Of a stretch of DNA of 64,000 bases, positions 24,932-38,500 are shown in pieces. Source of the DNA: Blasia pusilla (Eukaryota); contig CM114271.1 of the NCBI GenBank assembly GCA_050084515.1, positions 35,278,001 through 35,342,000 of the forward strand, written 5' to 3'. The notes under the pieces are model-generated. The model searched no databases. It was given only the letters and a program-made list of their open reading frames with translations, and was not told the DNA's origin. Numbering within the stretch: the first letter of the stretch is position 1; the number at the start of each line of letters is the position of its first letter. A program made the translations under genes and the position numbers.

Positions 24932-27550
24932 GTACGGAGACCTTCCTTCTTCCTGTCACCTCTCTGCAATTCTCCACCAGCTCATCCTTTCCAATCTTAC
25001 TATGCCTCACCACACCACCAATTAGGCTTCTCTCAAAATCGCCTCCTCATTCTTACACACTCTTCCGTATCTCCCTCACTCTTGCAGCGTTCGACAGAAT
25101 CAAAAAACCACCACGGTACGCAATCTTTGCACTTCTTCCTCAACAAATCTCCCGTTCCGCGATTGACCTCCACTCCTCTCCTGTCTGTGCACAGCGCAAC
25201 AAAGACGAGATTCCCCCTCCGTTTCAACTGTAATGCAAGCGGTTACTTCCCTAGCTGTATAAACACCCGCACACCACTCCACAAACCCGAATCTGAGCGG
25301 AATGTGACACTGTTTGGGTAGTTTGTATACGTCGATGTCTGCTAGAGAGGTCCTTTATCTCTTGCTTTCTTCTTTTTCTGTCTATTCACATCACATGACC
25401 CGACAGTGAATCTGTGTCCTGTATTCCTATTTCCTATTCCCCTCTTTTCCTTTTCGTCCGCTTTGATCAGTTGCTCTAATCTCTCCAGTCTCCTCCATCC
25501 ACCCTACGCTCCCCGCCCCTCTCCCCTCCTGACCTCCCCTCCTCTCCCCTGCCCTGCCGCCTCTCTCTCTCTCCCTCTCTCTCTCCCTCTCTCTATGGTC
25601 GCAAGGCTACGACAGGCACTACTTAATGAGTACTCTCTCTCTCGCCGTGTGTGTGCCTCTCAATCTCGATCTCCTATTGAGTTGTGGTATATCTCTGTGC
25701 CCTCGCCCTCTCGCTACACCTTTCTTCACTTCCTTCGCATCCGCCGGCCTGCTCTCGCTGTCCTTTGTCCGGAATGCGACTGCTATCTCCGGGATTACGC
25801 TACTGTTACGAGTCCTCTTATCATCGCTCTGCGGATTGATGTGCTCTCTGCTGACATCACGGCCATGAAATCTGCAGCACTGTCATTCTACCACTTCTCC
25901 TCGTGGGCCTGTGGCTTCCCCTCCGAAATCCTTGATCCCTCCGGTTGCAGGCAGCACTGCTTCAGAATCTGGGATATTCATGACGACCCCACCGTTCACT
26001 TCAGCGTGTCTTTCTGTTTGTCGCTGACAGGCCGTCTGCTGCTAGCGCTTTCTGTTGTACTAGTCGGAGTAGGTCTGACTGGGCTATGGAATCTGCAGTC
26101 TCGTGACCGGTAAGTGAGGGGAACCGTAGCACTGTTGCACTTTCCACCTTCTGCGGTGCGTCACGAATCGTTGCTGCGTTTGATCTCGAGAACACTGAAC
26201 AGGGGAAGCTCTCTTACACTGTCACTGTGCCGGTCCCTGAATGGTTATGCTCTTTTGTTTTCATTTATTCACTCGGGAATCAGCACACACTGGTGTCCTC
26301 GTCTTGCTCTGCCTTGAGAGTTTGAGTCTGCGCATGGGCTTAGATAGATAGCTCACATCTGGTGCCAAATGGGAACACGAGAGTTGACCTACTGAGGAAA
26401 GGTGTCCCCACTCTTCCCTTGCGTCTTCCTCACCTGTCACCTGCAGTCTTTCGAGCTAAGGTCCTGATATCACTGATGAGTGTGATCCAGCCTTCAATCC
26501 TCTTGGAGACTTTCGAGGTCAGGTCCTGGTTTCACTGATGAGTGTGTGGTATTGGTGTTTGGGATTTTACAGCCAAACCCATTGCCGTCATTTATCCAGA
26601 CTATCTTAGTGCCTGCTTTATGTGACTTGCACCACAGTTCCAATATTCTCGTCAGATTGAAAGATCCAAGAACAGATGTCTTCGTGGTGAATCCGTGTTC
26701 CAGAAACGTTCAGAATGTTAGCTCGCACTTGATTGAAACGAAAGGTCTGTCCAGAAAACATGATCGCATGAATCTTTCTCAAGAGGGCGGCAGTGCTAGT
26801 CGGGGTCGCTCTGTTCCAACCTGAAGTCCACAATAGAGCGAAAGTACGGGGCCGTCCGTGTGTCGAACCACCATGATTGCTCGGGACGTTTTCTGTTAGA
26901 ACAATGGATGTACCGTCCATTGTTCTCCCATAGGTGGCCAGGACGGGAAATGGCAGTTCGAACACTTGCTACTTGATAGTGTGGACAATCCCATTTCGTG
27001 CAAGAGAGATGTTGTGATGTTGTGTTGTAAACGCAGTCGATGCGAAGAGCTAAATTCCTGCAAATTTATGGAATACGTAGTTGCGCAGTGCGTGGGGACT
27101 AGATAGGGATCGAGACAGAGGTTCGATCACGTGGGATTCAGGGCAAGCAATCAATTGTCATATCAGGGTCCGACTGGAGTATTCTCTCATGTCTGCAGCA
27201 AAAGGCAGGTCGTCTTATGCGCTTCCAAATCTGCAGACCAATCGATGCTGACCACTGGAAGAGATTGAGAAGAATCATCCTGCATAAGAGTCGACCCCAA
27301 ACTCGTGTTCTCTGCTCGGCGGCAGTGAATCTGGATGTATCGTATCTAAGCCTGGTCTCGCATCCCGCCTACGGGTGCGTCTGCAGACTGGGACAATGTC
27401 GCCAGACCTGCTTCTTCCAACGAAAACAAACGGTCCGCCTCCGAGCAGACGTTACTCCAGGTTCACGCGCTTTCGCCTTGCAAAACATGGAGTACCTGCG
27501 CTTTCACGGGTACACCTCATACAAGAGATAAGGCTGATCCGATATCAGAC

Positions 27551-27829
27551 TGTCAAGAGCTTATCAGCAGTACACAAAGCGCAGGCCTCGACGAGCTCCC
27601 ACACACTACCGTTCGTCCAACAGGACTAGGTTTTTCAAGGTGCGCTCGCGGAACTCCGCTTAAAGATTAGTCCAAGATGTCCAATTCCTGTCAAGCCCTT
27701 ATCAGCAGTACAGAAAGCGCAGGCCGCGAAGAGCTATTACACACTACCGTTTGTCCAACAGGACTAGGTTTTTCAAGGTGCGCTGGCGGACCTCCGCTGA
27801 CCGATTAGACCAAGATGTCTAATTCCTGT
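27551..27829. repeat. ~138-bp tandem duplication
   Basis: GTCAAG..CTTATCAGCAGTACA..CACACTACCGTT.GTCCAACAGGACTAGGTTTTTCAAGGTGCGCT..CCAAGATGTC.AATTCCT occurs twice, head to tail. Confidence 0.92.
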
Positions 27830-29121
27830 AGGACCAAGCAAAATGAGGACGGCACAGTAGAATTCGGAGAAACTTATAGGGAAATTACGGTGCAGATATT
27901 GAGTTTCTCCGTATGGCGGAGGCCATGAAATCACATTCCACAGTCAGATTCTTGCTGCTCTGATAAGCCAGCGCACAAAACGACTCTAAAGAAAGAGAGT
28001 TCCATATTTACACGCCAGTACCGATCAGAAATTACTAAAATCGGCTAACGAGATAGAAATCAGATTTTACTCATCACATCCTTGCTGCTCAGGGAAGCGA
28101 ACGTATGTCACGACCTAAAAGAGTCCGGATTTTACATCGATCGGACGCTGTCTCTTCCTACCGTTCTTTGTTCCTCAATTCCAAAAGAACTCCGCAACAT
28201 AGCCGTCCTACGAATATGAGACAGTAACGGTGTTGGTGAAAGACTCAGATCGCCCAAGTGACCCACGAAATTGAAGCAATCTATCCCAATCAAACAAACC
28301 CGACAAAAGCTGTAGAGCAATTGGCACGTTTCGAGGCATTCAACGCATAAAAATTGCAGCGAAGAGACTTCATCTAGCCAAATACTTCGAGACCCTCTGG
28401 AAAGCTCGATAAATCTTCCACTAACAAGAGATTCGAGCAGCCAAATTTTTTTCAAGACTTTCATGTATTCACACGTACTGAAAACTCGCTAGGAATCTGA
28501 AGCAACCAAGAAAAATGAGAGCAAGCACCTCCCGCTGACCAAAAAGGCCCGGAAACTAGTGACCCGTAACACCATACACTGGTTAAACCCTTCCCAATTC
28601 CCTATAACAGGACAATACGATGAGAATTGACTTTTCATGCAATGGGTGGACGGGATGGAAGCGGGGAAGCACGATATTCAGATATCCAGGGCAAGAATGA
28701 GAAACGGATTTACGCCATGAAAAACTGGTGTGCTAAAACGCATTTAATAACATACGAAAGAAACGGCGAACGAGAAAATCCATGCGCAATGAGTATTCAT
28801 TACAATTCTTGACATCTCATGCCCTGCTCACGTTTACATGTCTGTAGGAGTACAAATTTCAAGGGAATGAAGACGTATATTTGAAGCAAAATCTCTTTCT
28901 CTAATGTTTGGAATAGTGAGGCAGGAATGACCTATAAATACGGAAATACACAGGAATCGGGGCAGCTTCACCACAAACATGTACTTCTCGACACCACATC
29001 ACGCGCCCTGAAACGACCTCAGATCGTAGTGTCCGGGATACAAAATTTCCGTACAGAGCATAATGAGAGCTGCTTTCCAAGGAGCCATCAGAATTTCGTA
29101 CGACAACGTTCAGGGAAAATT

Positions 29122-29817
29122 TTAGCCTGCTTGGACTGTCGTGTTTAAGATGGAAGTAAGAACTCCCAAGACCAGGAAGGCCAGCATAGGGCTCAAGTCG
29201 AGAGCGTTGAAAAGCGGAGGAATGATATTTCTAAACAGATTTAGATAAGGATCGCACATGTCGCGCATAGCCTGAAGAGGCTGTCGTTCCCAGGGAATGT
29301 TGGGAAACCAACTGAGCAAAACTCGTACCATGAGCACCCCGCTATACAGTTCCAACCACTTCGCCATTCCACTGGCAACCACTGTCAAAGGAGTATTGAC
29401 GGGAGCCGACTGACTAATCGCAGCAAAAAACACGGGTGCGGCAGCGCACACCAACCTTCCCTTGAGAGCAGTCAGAAGCTGTTTCTCCTCCTCTGTCTGC
29501 GGCCTCCATTCGGGAAGCACTTTCTCCTTCGCAGCGGCGATCTTCTGCACTCCCTCCTCCCGCATCCGACCCACGCTCCTCGCCAGCGCGTCGAGAACGA
29601 GGCAAAATCGCGTGGAAAACCCCGCACCTCCGCCTCTCAATGTCGACCCCGACTCCGCGCCCTCAGCCCGCGCTTCAGACCCCGCGCACGCACGCATCCT
29701 CACAAAACTCCTCCTCAATCTCATCCTCCCTCCGTCGCCACACCTCCCTAACTCCCTCCTTCCCATCGCCGGCCGCGACAGCGAGAGCGACATCGCCATG
29801 GCGCTCGCCACTGCCAT
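29122..29817 (-). CDS. YLMG1: YlmG homolog 1 (YGGT family), plastid-targeted, single coding exon
   Basis: NTPLTVVASGMAKWLELYSGVLMVRVLLSWFPNIPWERQPL..RDMCDPYLNLFRNIIPP..LDLSPMLAF, with an Ala/Ser/Arg-rich transit peptide from the ATG at 29817. Confidence 0.95.
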   Translation of the reverse strand: MAVASAMAMSLSLSRPAMGRRELGRCGDGGRMRLRRSFVRMRACAGSEARAEGAESGSTLRGGGAGFSTRFCLVLDALARSVGRMREEGVQKIAAAKEKVLPEWRPQTEEEKQLLTALKGRLVCAAAPVFFAAISQSAPVNTPLTVVASGMAKWLELYSGVLMVRVLLSWFPNIPWERQPLQAMRDMCDPYLNLFRNIIPPLFNALDLSPMLAFLVLGVLTSILNTTVQAG

Positions 29818-30912
29818 CCCTGAAACCTGACGAATTGCAACCACAAGCGCACCGATTCTCTCGGCCCAATTCTGAGGGTTTTGTGAAGAAGGGACGGTGC
29901 GGGACGGGACGAGACGAGGAGAGCGCACTGGAGAGGAGGGAAGAGAACGAGAAAAGACGTGAGGGCGGGAGAGAACCCGTAAGAGGGTTTTGTGACACAG
30001 AGCGATCGCAGGAACGCTGTACAGGAGGAGTGAGTGGGAAGAGTCCTCTTCAGAGCCTTTCTCTGCAGTGGATAGGCTTTGTTATCCCGAACGGACGTGC
30101 GAGCGCTTTCCTAATTACCCTTTCAAATCGAAGTTACCGGTTTAATGGGCTCGCTTATGGTAAACTGGTAACTTCGACTTTCCTTAAGAAGAAAGTTAAT
30201 TCTTAACCGATAGTGGTTTATCCATCGGTTTTACCCACAACGAATTGAAGGATATAAATTTAATGAAAATCTAATTTATTACATATATCTAATGAAAATT
30301 TATATTAGCCCTCTTATGTCCACGCATGTATCTTGAGGGTTCCTTTCTTATGAAACGTGCCAATTTAAGTGAGAAAATTATACTCGACTCGACTGTGAGT
30401 GCCAATTAATTTTTTCGGGTTCTCTTCCCTCGAATATGAATTTTTTAACGGTCAAATGGATATGAACTTTCCCAATTATTCCACCGTGCTAGTGTTAACG
30501 CTCTCATTAACACGGGATTTTCCCTTGCCGTGTGATTCCACGCCTTCAACTGCCTGCCGACTATATTAGTGTTCTACGAACGTCCAAACATACGGCGTTA
30601 TAAAACTCAAAACCAGGCCACATATTGGTTAAGTTAAGAGGGGAAAGGAAGAGGAAGGCGGTGGAAAATATGTAGCAGTATACATATATGTACCCTTTAG
30701 TATACATATATGTAGGTTTTTACGATACAAAATTCACAAAGCCAATTTTGGTATTAAGAAGAGCCTATGTCATGAAGAAATATTTTTACAATCGTTAACT
30801 TAGCGCTAGCAATATATTTAGAGTATATGCAAAACAATTTGATCAGTGTAATAAGTTAAAATAAAATAATAATATGGAGAAAAAGTTTAATATAAGTGAG
30901 TCTTCGTGTATA

Positions 30913-31087
30913 CTAGTGCACAGCCCATGCCATGCATGGGAGTGAAGGACTAATCATGTTGTACACAAATTCAAATTCGTGTCTTGCTGCTCGTAATATG
31001 GTAAACATTTGTTTACTACCCACTTGTCACGTGTCAAACAGACATGTGCTTGCAAGTCAAGAAGATACTCTCCAATAATAATATAGA
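30913..31087 (-). mobile_element. Non-autonomous mini-Helitron (175 bp)
   Basis: 5' A|TCTATATTATTATTGGAGAGT; 3' hairpin CCCATGCATGGCATGGG, then CTAG|T. Confidence 0.85.
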
Positions 31088-33884
31088 TTATTATGGGGGA
31101 ATTTTTTATTTTCAAACACGAGTTTGATTGACATATGGCATTTGGACAATGAAAAAGCATTTTTTCACTACGACAAGTGGCAAGAAAAAAATTACAAACA
31201 ACAAATTATCTTTAATTTTTTGCATCCCGCATAGAATTACTCCCCCGGAGGGCACATATTATACACTAGTGTGTTCTATTATCAATATTGTGGGTGAAGG
31301 AATGGGTAGTGGACATCATGTGTCCCTTTTTCCAAATGCCAATACTCGTCATCTCAAAAAAAAACATTTATACCTACTCACATATTTTTATTACTTTTCT
31401 TTTTTTTCTTCTCTTTTTGTTTTTGAGGATTATTTCTTGAAAATTTTTTTGTATTAATCACTTTCATGCATCATATATACCTTTAAACTAGTTTATTATT
31501 AAAAGCGTACATTATTTTGATTCCTAAAATATTTTTAATATTTCATAATAAGGATAATAAACCAAGACAATTTCTTGAAAAGAGGAGTGTAATCCTATAA
31601 TAGAATGTAAAGAAAACTAGGTTCCAAAGTCCGCTTGAATAACATAAAATTTACTCTATATGGATCATATGCAAGTTTATTGTATTGTAAGACTAATATT
31701 AGTAGTCTTAACTCCTCATAGATTTAAACTCTTAGCTTATAAATAATTTTCCTAATTATGATTTTTGAATAGATTCTCCTTTTATCCGACGTACAGTATA
31801 CAATCATAGTAAACATATTTTCATTACTATTAATTTGGAAACCTAGCTTTTTTATATACCTTTATTTCTTGATTCTATGATGATATTCCTCCCATGTATC
31901 TAAATGAAAATTTGGTATTTCTCTAGATAATAAGCATTGAGTATTGGAGATATTTGGCAAATCGAGACGGTGCCTAATTCTAAAAATCTTACCTCTCAAG
32001 AGTTATGCATCCTCATTTCCTGATTCTAAAATTGAATAATCTAGTTTTTAAAGAAATTCTATATTTTTTAATTAATTTATGTATTTCAAAATTCTTCTAT
32101 GATTTTCCACTTATGGAAGTTTTTTTCACTTTCTCTCACTCGAATTCATCATCCCTCTATCTTTTTGTAAGCAATGTTTTGTCAAAAAAAAATTTGTTGT
32201 TAAAATTTTCTCTACCAATTTAATCGATAGAGAACAAATTCTGAAAAATGATATATTAGTAAAAATAAATAAAAATTTAAAGGCTACTTGGAACAAGATT
32301 TATGCAAGTGTCATCTCTAGAATCTTTAAATACAATATCTTGAAAGTCTATTAGATATGGGTATGTTATCATATACAAGGGTTGCATATGAACAAAGTTT
32401 GTGCATCATACAGAAAGACTTGTTCATGTGGGCGCCCCATCTCCCCCTTTTTTCTCATCCTCCCACTTGCCTTCGTGATCCGCACTTTCTCGTTTCTTCC
32501 TCCTCCTACCTCCACTCTTTCACCGCTTATTGCCCGGCTTGCCCTTACCATGCCTTCCACTATAAACTAGAAGTGTTGGACCAAGTACCATCTTCGGCAA
32601 TCTATGTTTGTGGACTTGTCCAAACTTGTCGGTTTTTATGCAATTATGATCCTATAGAGGGAATAAAATCTATATCTATATATTATTATTGGAGAGTGTC
32701 CCTTTGGTTTTTAAATTGCTCTCTTCTTGGCACTCTTAGCTAATTACATTGTTCGCGTTTTGAGCCAATAGAATCACTTAAAATTGATTTAAAATGACAC
32801 TCGACAATTCTGAAAGTTAATTGTCATTTTGGGAGATAATCTAAATCCATACATGGCACATGAATACACTAGTGTCATAGTCTAAAGAAATCATAACCCT
32901 TTATTCTCTTTCCATTATGAAAGATATTTGTTGGGTTGTGTAATGACATCACAACATGCATACGATGATGTGCATTAATGCATAGTTAGTTCTATTTTTC
33001 CCATTCATCAATTAGGTCAATTATATATTTTGTAGGGTTAATTGCATGTTATCTCACAAAGTCGTAAACTAAACGAACAACATTGATGCAAGGAATTTTT
33101 TAGGGTCGAATGTTGGGATATAAAGAGCATCACTTTTAAATAAAAAACTGAAAAAATTTATCTACATTCATATGTTAGAGTATTAATAACTAAATTGGAA
33201 AAAATCATCCTCGTCCACCTTATGTGGCAAGAGAATTGGATATCAAACCCTTCTTAGCCCAATCAACCTAGTATTACCTTATTAAAGCTAAAAAACTTCA
33301 AACTCTCCATATTGTTCATTGGAAAAACTCTTTTGGTGTTTCTCTTGTTTCCTTCATGTCAAAACCATCTATTACATCTCTATCTCCAAACTACACTAAT
33401 GAGGTAAAAAAGATCCTCACTAATTATAGAAGTTTTGTCTTTTCCTCTTCCATGTGGTGGCTTTGGATTCTCTTATCCCCATTTCATAGAATGATGTTTA
33501 TGTATCCTTTTCTCTTTTTGAACATGGTCAAGTGTGGAGATTTAAATCAAAATTACATTGCATTGACAAGCTCGTGCCAGTTCAAATTGTTAGCAAAACA
33601 TGAGCCATAAGACAAGACAACTTACCTCTATTTCCTCTTGGATTGAGTACTCAATGATTGAATTTTTTGTACATGGCATCCTAGGTAATTTTCTCATGAA
33701 ATTTTAGCACACACATATATGTTATAGGATGAAGCCTTCAATAATAAAACGATATTCATGTGTCTTCTTTCTTTTTTGAAATATGATCATTTGTTGAGAT
33801 TTATGACAATATTTTCATGTCTACTATTAATATACGTAGTTGAATGATATTCAATTGTGGTGAAGTTTTACTTCAACTTCCTCA

Positions 33885-34292
33885 TCTATACTATGATTGG
33901 AGAGTACCTTCTTAATTTTCAAAGGCTCGTTTGGTGGACACATGACAATTATGCAATAAGAAAATGTTTTTCATACTATGTGCAACAAAAATGTTTAAGA
34001 GATAAGAAGATTTTTTCTTTTGAATTTGTGCGGAGCATGATTAATCGCATGTAGGGCGAAGGGTGTACACTAATCCTCTTTATGTATACCATTATCACCA
34101 ATACCCATATCATGTCTAAACATCCTAGCGGTTGAAAATTGTAATTTTTAACCAACACAAGTTTGCCATCCGTTCCCATATACTTACTTGAAAATTTGTT
34201 TATGTATTGATGATTATAATACGAATTTCATCATAGAACGGGAGTGCATTCCCTCTTTTCTAGACCTATGCATCGCATGGGCACCTTAATAA
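33885..34292 (+). mobile_element. Mini-Helitron (degenerate 3' end), head-to-tail with the next copy
   Basis: Starts A|TCTATACTATGATTGGAGAGT; 3' hairpin CCTATGCATCGCATGGG followed by CACCTTA. Confidence 0.65.
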
Positions 34293-34497
34293 TCTATATA
34301 ATTATTGGAGAGTGACTTTTTGATTTGCAAACACCTCTCTAACTGCTTGACATGTGGCAACCGAACAGTAAGAAAATGTTTTTTTATTGTACGGGCAAAA
34401 AGAAAAATGATTTCTATTCCACGAGCAGTAAGAAAAAACATTTGTGGGCAATATAATTAATTCTTCGCTCCCATGCATGGCAGAGACTTCACACTAG
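34293..34497 (+). mobile_element. Non-autonomous mini-Helitron (205 bp)
   Basis: A|TCTATATAATTATTGGAGAGTG ... CCCATGCATGGCA ... CTAG|T; similar along its length to the 30913-31087 copy. Confidence 0.85.
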
Positions 34498-34869
34498 TTA
34501 CAACTAGCGTAACATCATAGTACGAGAATGATAATATTATTGACCATTAAATATTATTAGATTTCCAAATTTATTATAAATATCATATGGGGTCATTTTA
34601 CCAATTTATACTATAATTTAAGGAGCGTATATGACATGGCCACACCTCCATAGTATGACAGGTGGCACCCTAAACCCGACGTGTATACATATATAATTTA
34701 AGGACGGAGGGCGCATACGTTTAGGGTCTTACTAGTGGTTTAATATCCTCCAAATACAAGGGGGTGTTTACAAATCTGCAAATGATATTCCCTTAATAAT
34801 TCAAAACTTGTTGCATTCAACTTTCTTATCTCTAATATTATGGGAGAGTGCCTTCTTATTGGAGTGGAC

Positions 34870-34959
34870 AGCAAGAACATCTTTCACAAAATAGGGAGAG
34901 GAAACAAATTGGATAGCAAGAACATCTTTCACATGATAGGGAGAGGAAACAAATTGGAT
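34870..34959. repeat. 45-bp tandem duplication
   Basis: GCAAGAACATCTTTCACA..ATAGGGAGAGGAAACAAATTGGAT twice. Confidence 0.9.
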
Positions 34960-35507
34960 TTGTGTGAGCTCATTAATCTTCCTCTCTCACATCATTAATC
35001 TTGATTTCACACGATAACTCTTAAACACTTATATATAACAGAAACTATGCGCAACTCTTAAACACTTTGTTTTGGCAGTTCCTCACTAGTACCCCTTTAC
35101 TCTCCAGCAACTCTCATTTACTGTCCATTTGAATTTACTGATCCCGATTATGCCGACTCCCGTTTCCATCGGATTTGACGCCCTCGATCGAGGAGGAGGC
35201 GCAGGATGAGGAGAAGGGATCCTCCGGTGGTTGGTGCAAAAGCGGATTTGCTGCAGAGGCGCGGAGGGCTCTGGATCACGCGCAGACCGACGGAGGAAGG
35301 AGGTTTATAGATCGTGGACGCTATGGTTTCCGGAGGTGATTGGGCGCCGGAAGAAGAGGGAGGACATTGCGATTGCGAGTGTCATTGAGGCGATGGTGAG
35401 TGCTGTGGAGAGAGAGGGGAGGGAGGGAGCACGCCAATGCTGAGGATTGGAGAGGAGGAGGAGAGAAGGGGGTTAGGGATTTGGGAGTGGGAGAATAGCG
35501 GGGCGGG

Positions 35508-38500
35508 ATGGCGGTGTCGATGCTGAGACTCCGCCATGGGCACTATGATGATAATGCTGCTGCTACTGCCGCCGCGGCGGCTGCTGAAGGAAGCTCGGGG
35601 AGACTGGCGTCTATGGAGAGCGCTTCTACTCGTTTCGCTCGGCAGGTGAATCTTGATTGGGCTGTGTGTTGCGGGGAGTGCGGGGGAGTTGGAATGGAGG
35701 GATGGTGGGAAGGTGGTGCCTTGGTTGCCTTTTACTGTGCAGCGCGTGCCTTATTGCCGGCCTCCGTGTGCGGTCTTCCCTGCGTCCTTGGATGGTCGCC
35801 TCTTGCGGCTGACTTTCAGCACGTGGAAGTTTGAGCGCGCATGCGTTGTGCGGAATTTTTCGAGGCCCTCACATGTTACGCTCACGTTTCGTAACAATAG
35901 CATTGTGGACTTGTGTGGAACTGCATAGCTCCGAGTACCACAGAGAGAGAATGAATGAATTGATTTACTGTCCAAGGGGTCTGGAGAAAGGACTGTTGGA
36001 ATGCGATTTGAAAATTGTTCTAGAATTGACTAGGAAGAGCCCAAACAAAGAGGACCAAAGAGAGGGAGCTCATGTCATCTCTTGTTGTGTTGGTGGGGCA
36101 TTCAACAGGGCACGTATTGCGAGGTGGTTCCTGCTGTTGCGAGCCATTCAGGCAAGAATCTGCATTTGTTCCAGTCTGGGTCCCTGGCAAACCAAGATTG
36201 GTGCAAGTGGTTGATTTGAATGTCATCGGATTCGGTGTTCGAACTGTCAGATAGACAGATTTCCTCCTCAGAGACTTTAGGCTCAGCGCCTGCATCTGTC
36301 ATGTCTTTCATTTGAATGTGATTCCAATTTTGAAATTGAAAATATGGACGAGTTTCGTGCCTGGAACGGCGCTGGTGACCAGAGGTTGGAGCTTGCCGAT
36401 ATTGGACTTCTCTCGACAGGAATGTGAGAAGAAATTCGGAGCGGTAATGTTGAGGCTTTCTGTCGATGCATTTGCATTTGCATTTCGCAGATGTGATTCG
36501 GGGAAAGGGAAAGTCGAGAAGAGTGGGAGGTTATGGTGCTGAACAAGGCTTGATACATTACGTTTCTGCAATTGCTGAGCAGAAACCGAATCCCATCAAC
36601 TTTCTACGAGTCCTTGTAGGTATGTACTCCTTAAATTCATGGCCCATGTCTAAATTAGGAAGTACACCATTCTCGACTCTCCTAGCTCCGCTCCATGAGT
36701 ATTCTGATGAGCTTTCTTCGGGCGGATGCATCAGCTATTCCGGGTTTGATTGTTGGTTTCTTGCAACCATGAGCGTGAATGTAGGAAAGCGAGCCACACA
36801 TTTTTGTTTTCATCAGATCCACAATTCTTTACCCATCCTTGGATACTCAGATTTTGACTGGCGTGTACACAGAGGGGGCAATCGCTGGAGCAACTGCTGG
36901 TGTGGTTGTGGAGACCATTCTGTACCCAATTGATACCATCAAAACCCGTCTCCAGGTCGAGTGTTGTCAAGATCCATTTTGTCAGATCCTCTTTTCAGTT
37001 GTCAGAACGTGAACTAGATTTCAAATCATTCCGTTCCATTGACCATAATCATTATGCTACTGAGTTGAAAGCCAACTCCCTGACATCTCTTGAAAGATGC
37101 CCAATCAGTGTGTCGACTCGCCAAACTCTACAGCGTTGGATTGAAGCTGGCTGAAAGAGATTTAGAGAACAGCTCTGACATTGTTAGCCAACTTATTTTG
37201 TGACCTATTTGTATCCCTGCAGGCAGCACGATCTGGCGGGCAAATAGCATTCAAAGGACTGTACTCAGGTCTATCGGGAAATATTGCTGGTGTCTTGCCG
37301 TCAGTACACTACTCTCTTCTATCCTCCTTCATCGTTATATTTTTATATCTATATGTATTTGATTATCCTGTTGCTGCACTCATGTGTGCTGACTGCTGTG
37401 ATTCGTGGATGGCCACACTTTGTAACACTAACTGTTTTGAGAGAACAAATAGATCTCATATGCATTGTGTCATCCATGGATTCACTCTTCTGGTTCAATT
37501 AGGCAAGCTTTCCCTTCGGTTATTTAAGAAATCGGTGAACTTGTCCTTCCTGCCTCTGGATGCAATCTTCTACCGGGCAATACTTTTCAACAAGAGAAAA
37601 GTTATACCCTGTGGAACTCACTGATTCTTGCACATGGAAATAATTTTCAACCATCATTCAACATAAAAAATAGAGCCTCCCAGAGGAGTGTCATAAGTAA
37701 AGACTACTGAGGAAAGACTCATCCCACATGTGCTCTACTGTCTGGCTGCAGAGCATCTGCGGTATTTGTTGGTGTTTATGAACCGGTGAAGCGTAAGCTG
37801 CTTGAAGTGTTTCCAGACCATCTCAGCTCCGTAGCCCATCTGGTTAGTACTATGTACAGGGTTGGTGCTATTCCCCCCTCTATATTTTATAATTTGACAA
37901 CCCATAGTTTTGTGACACATAGAGCACTAATTGTTCGTCATCTGTTATGATAGACTGCAGGGGCTGCAGGGGGTGCAACAGCTTCACTCATCCGTGTCCC
38001 TACTGAGGTATGTATCTCATAAGAGCTGGGCATACCCTCATCCATAAGCAACCCTGAAGGAAATGCTTGTTCCTATTTTGCGTCATGTTGCACAGCATTT
38101 TTTAAAGTGAAAGTATATGGAAAGGGTTGCAGAATTCGTGGCTATGAGGTGCTAATTTTGAATCTCAAGTTGGGAGTCCTTGCCAGTGCAGGTGGTGAAG
38201 CAGAGGATGCAAACAGGGCAGTTTGCATCTGCTTCAACTGCTGTGCGAGATATTGTGGCAAAGGAAGGATTCTCAGGTTTATATGCGGTACAAGTCCCTG
38301 GTCTGCTTTTGATCCTTGCTTTTCTTCTGGCTGGTCAAGATGATACTCCATTTTTGGTCCCCTTCCCTACATAATCAGATATGTGACTCCGCTGACAAAG
38401 TAATTCACTTGCAGATGTTTTCATTGTCTTGCCCAGTTATAAAATTGTTGATGTCAAATATTTGAACTGGGTCTTGGTTGCTTTGATGATGTAACTGGAC

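Noticed and set aside
25406-26113. 235-aa plus-strand ORF
   Set aside because: Driven by a CT microsatellite and a repeat fragment, with a non-ATG start and no domain.
26448-26546. Two CTGATGAG motifs suggesting hammerhead ribozymes or C/D snoRNAs
   Set aside because: No stem II plus GAAA follows CUGAUGA, and no terminal stem with a paired C/D arrangement could be identified.
26560-26640. Minus-strand peptide KIVWINDGNGFG resembling the DpnII-family WITDG.GW motif
   Set aside because: A short match within a stop-riddled frame, with no other supporting motifs; likely chance.
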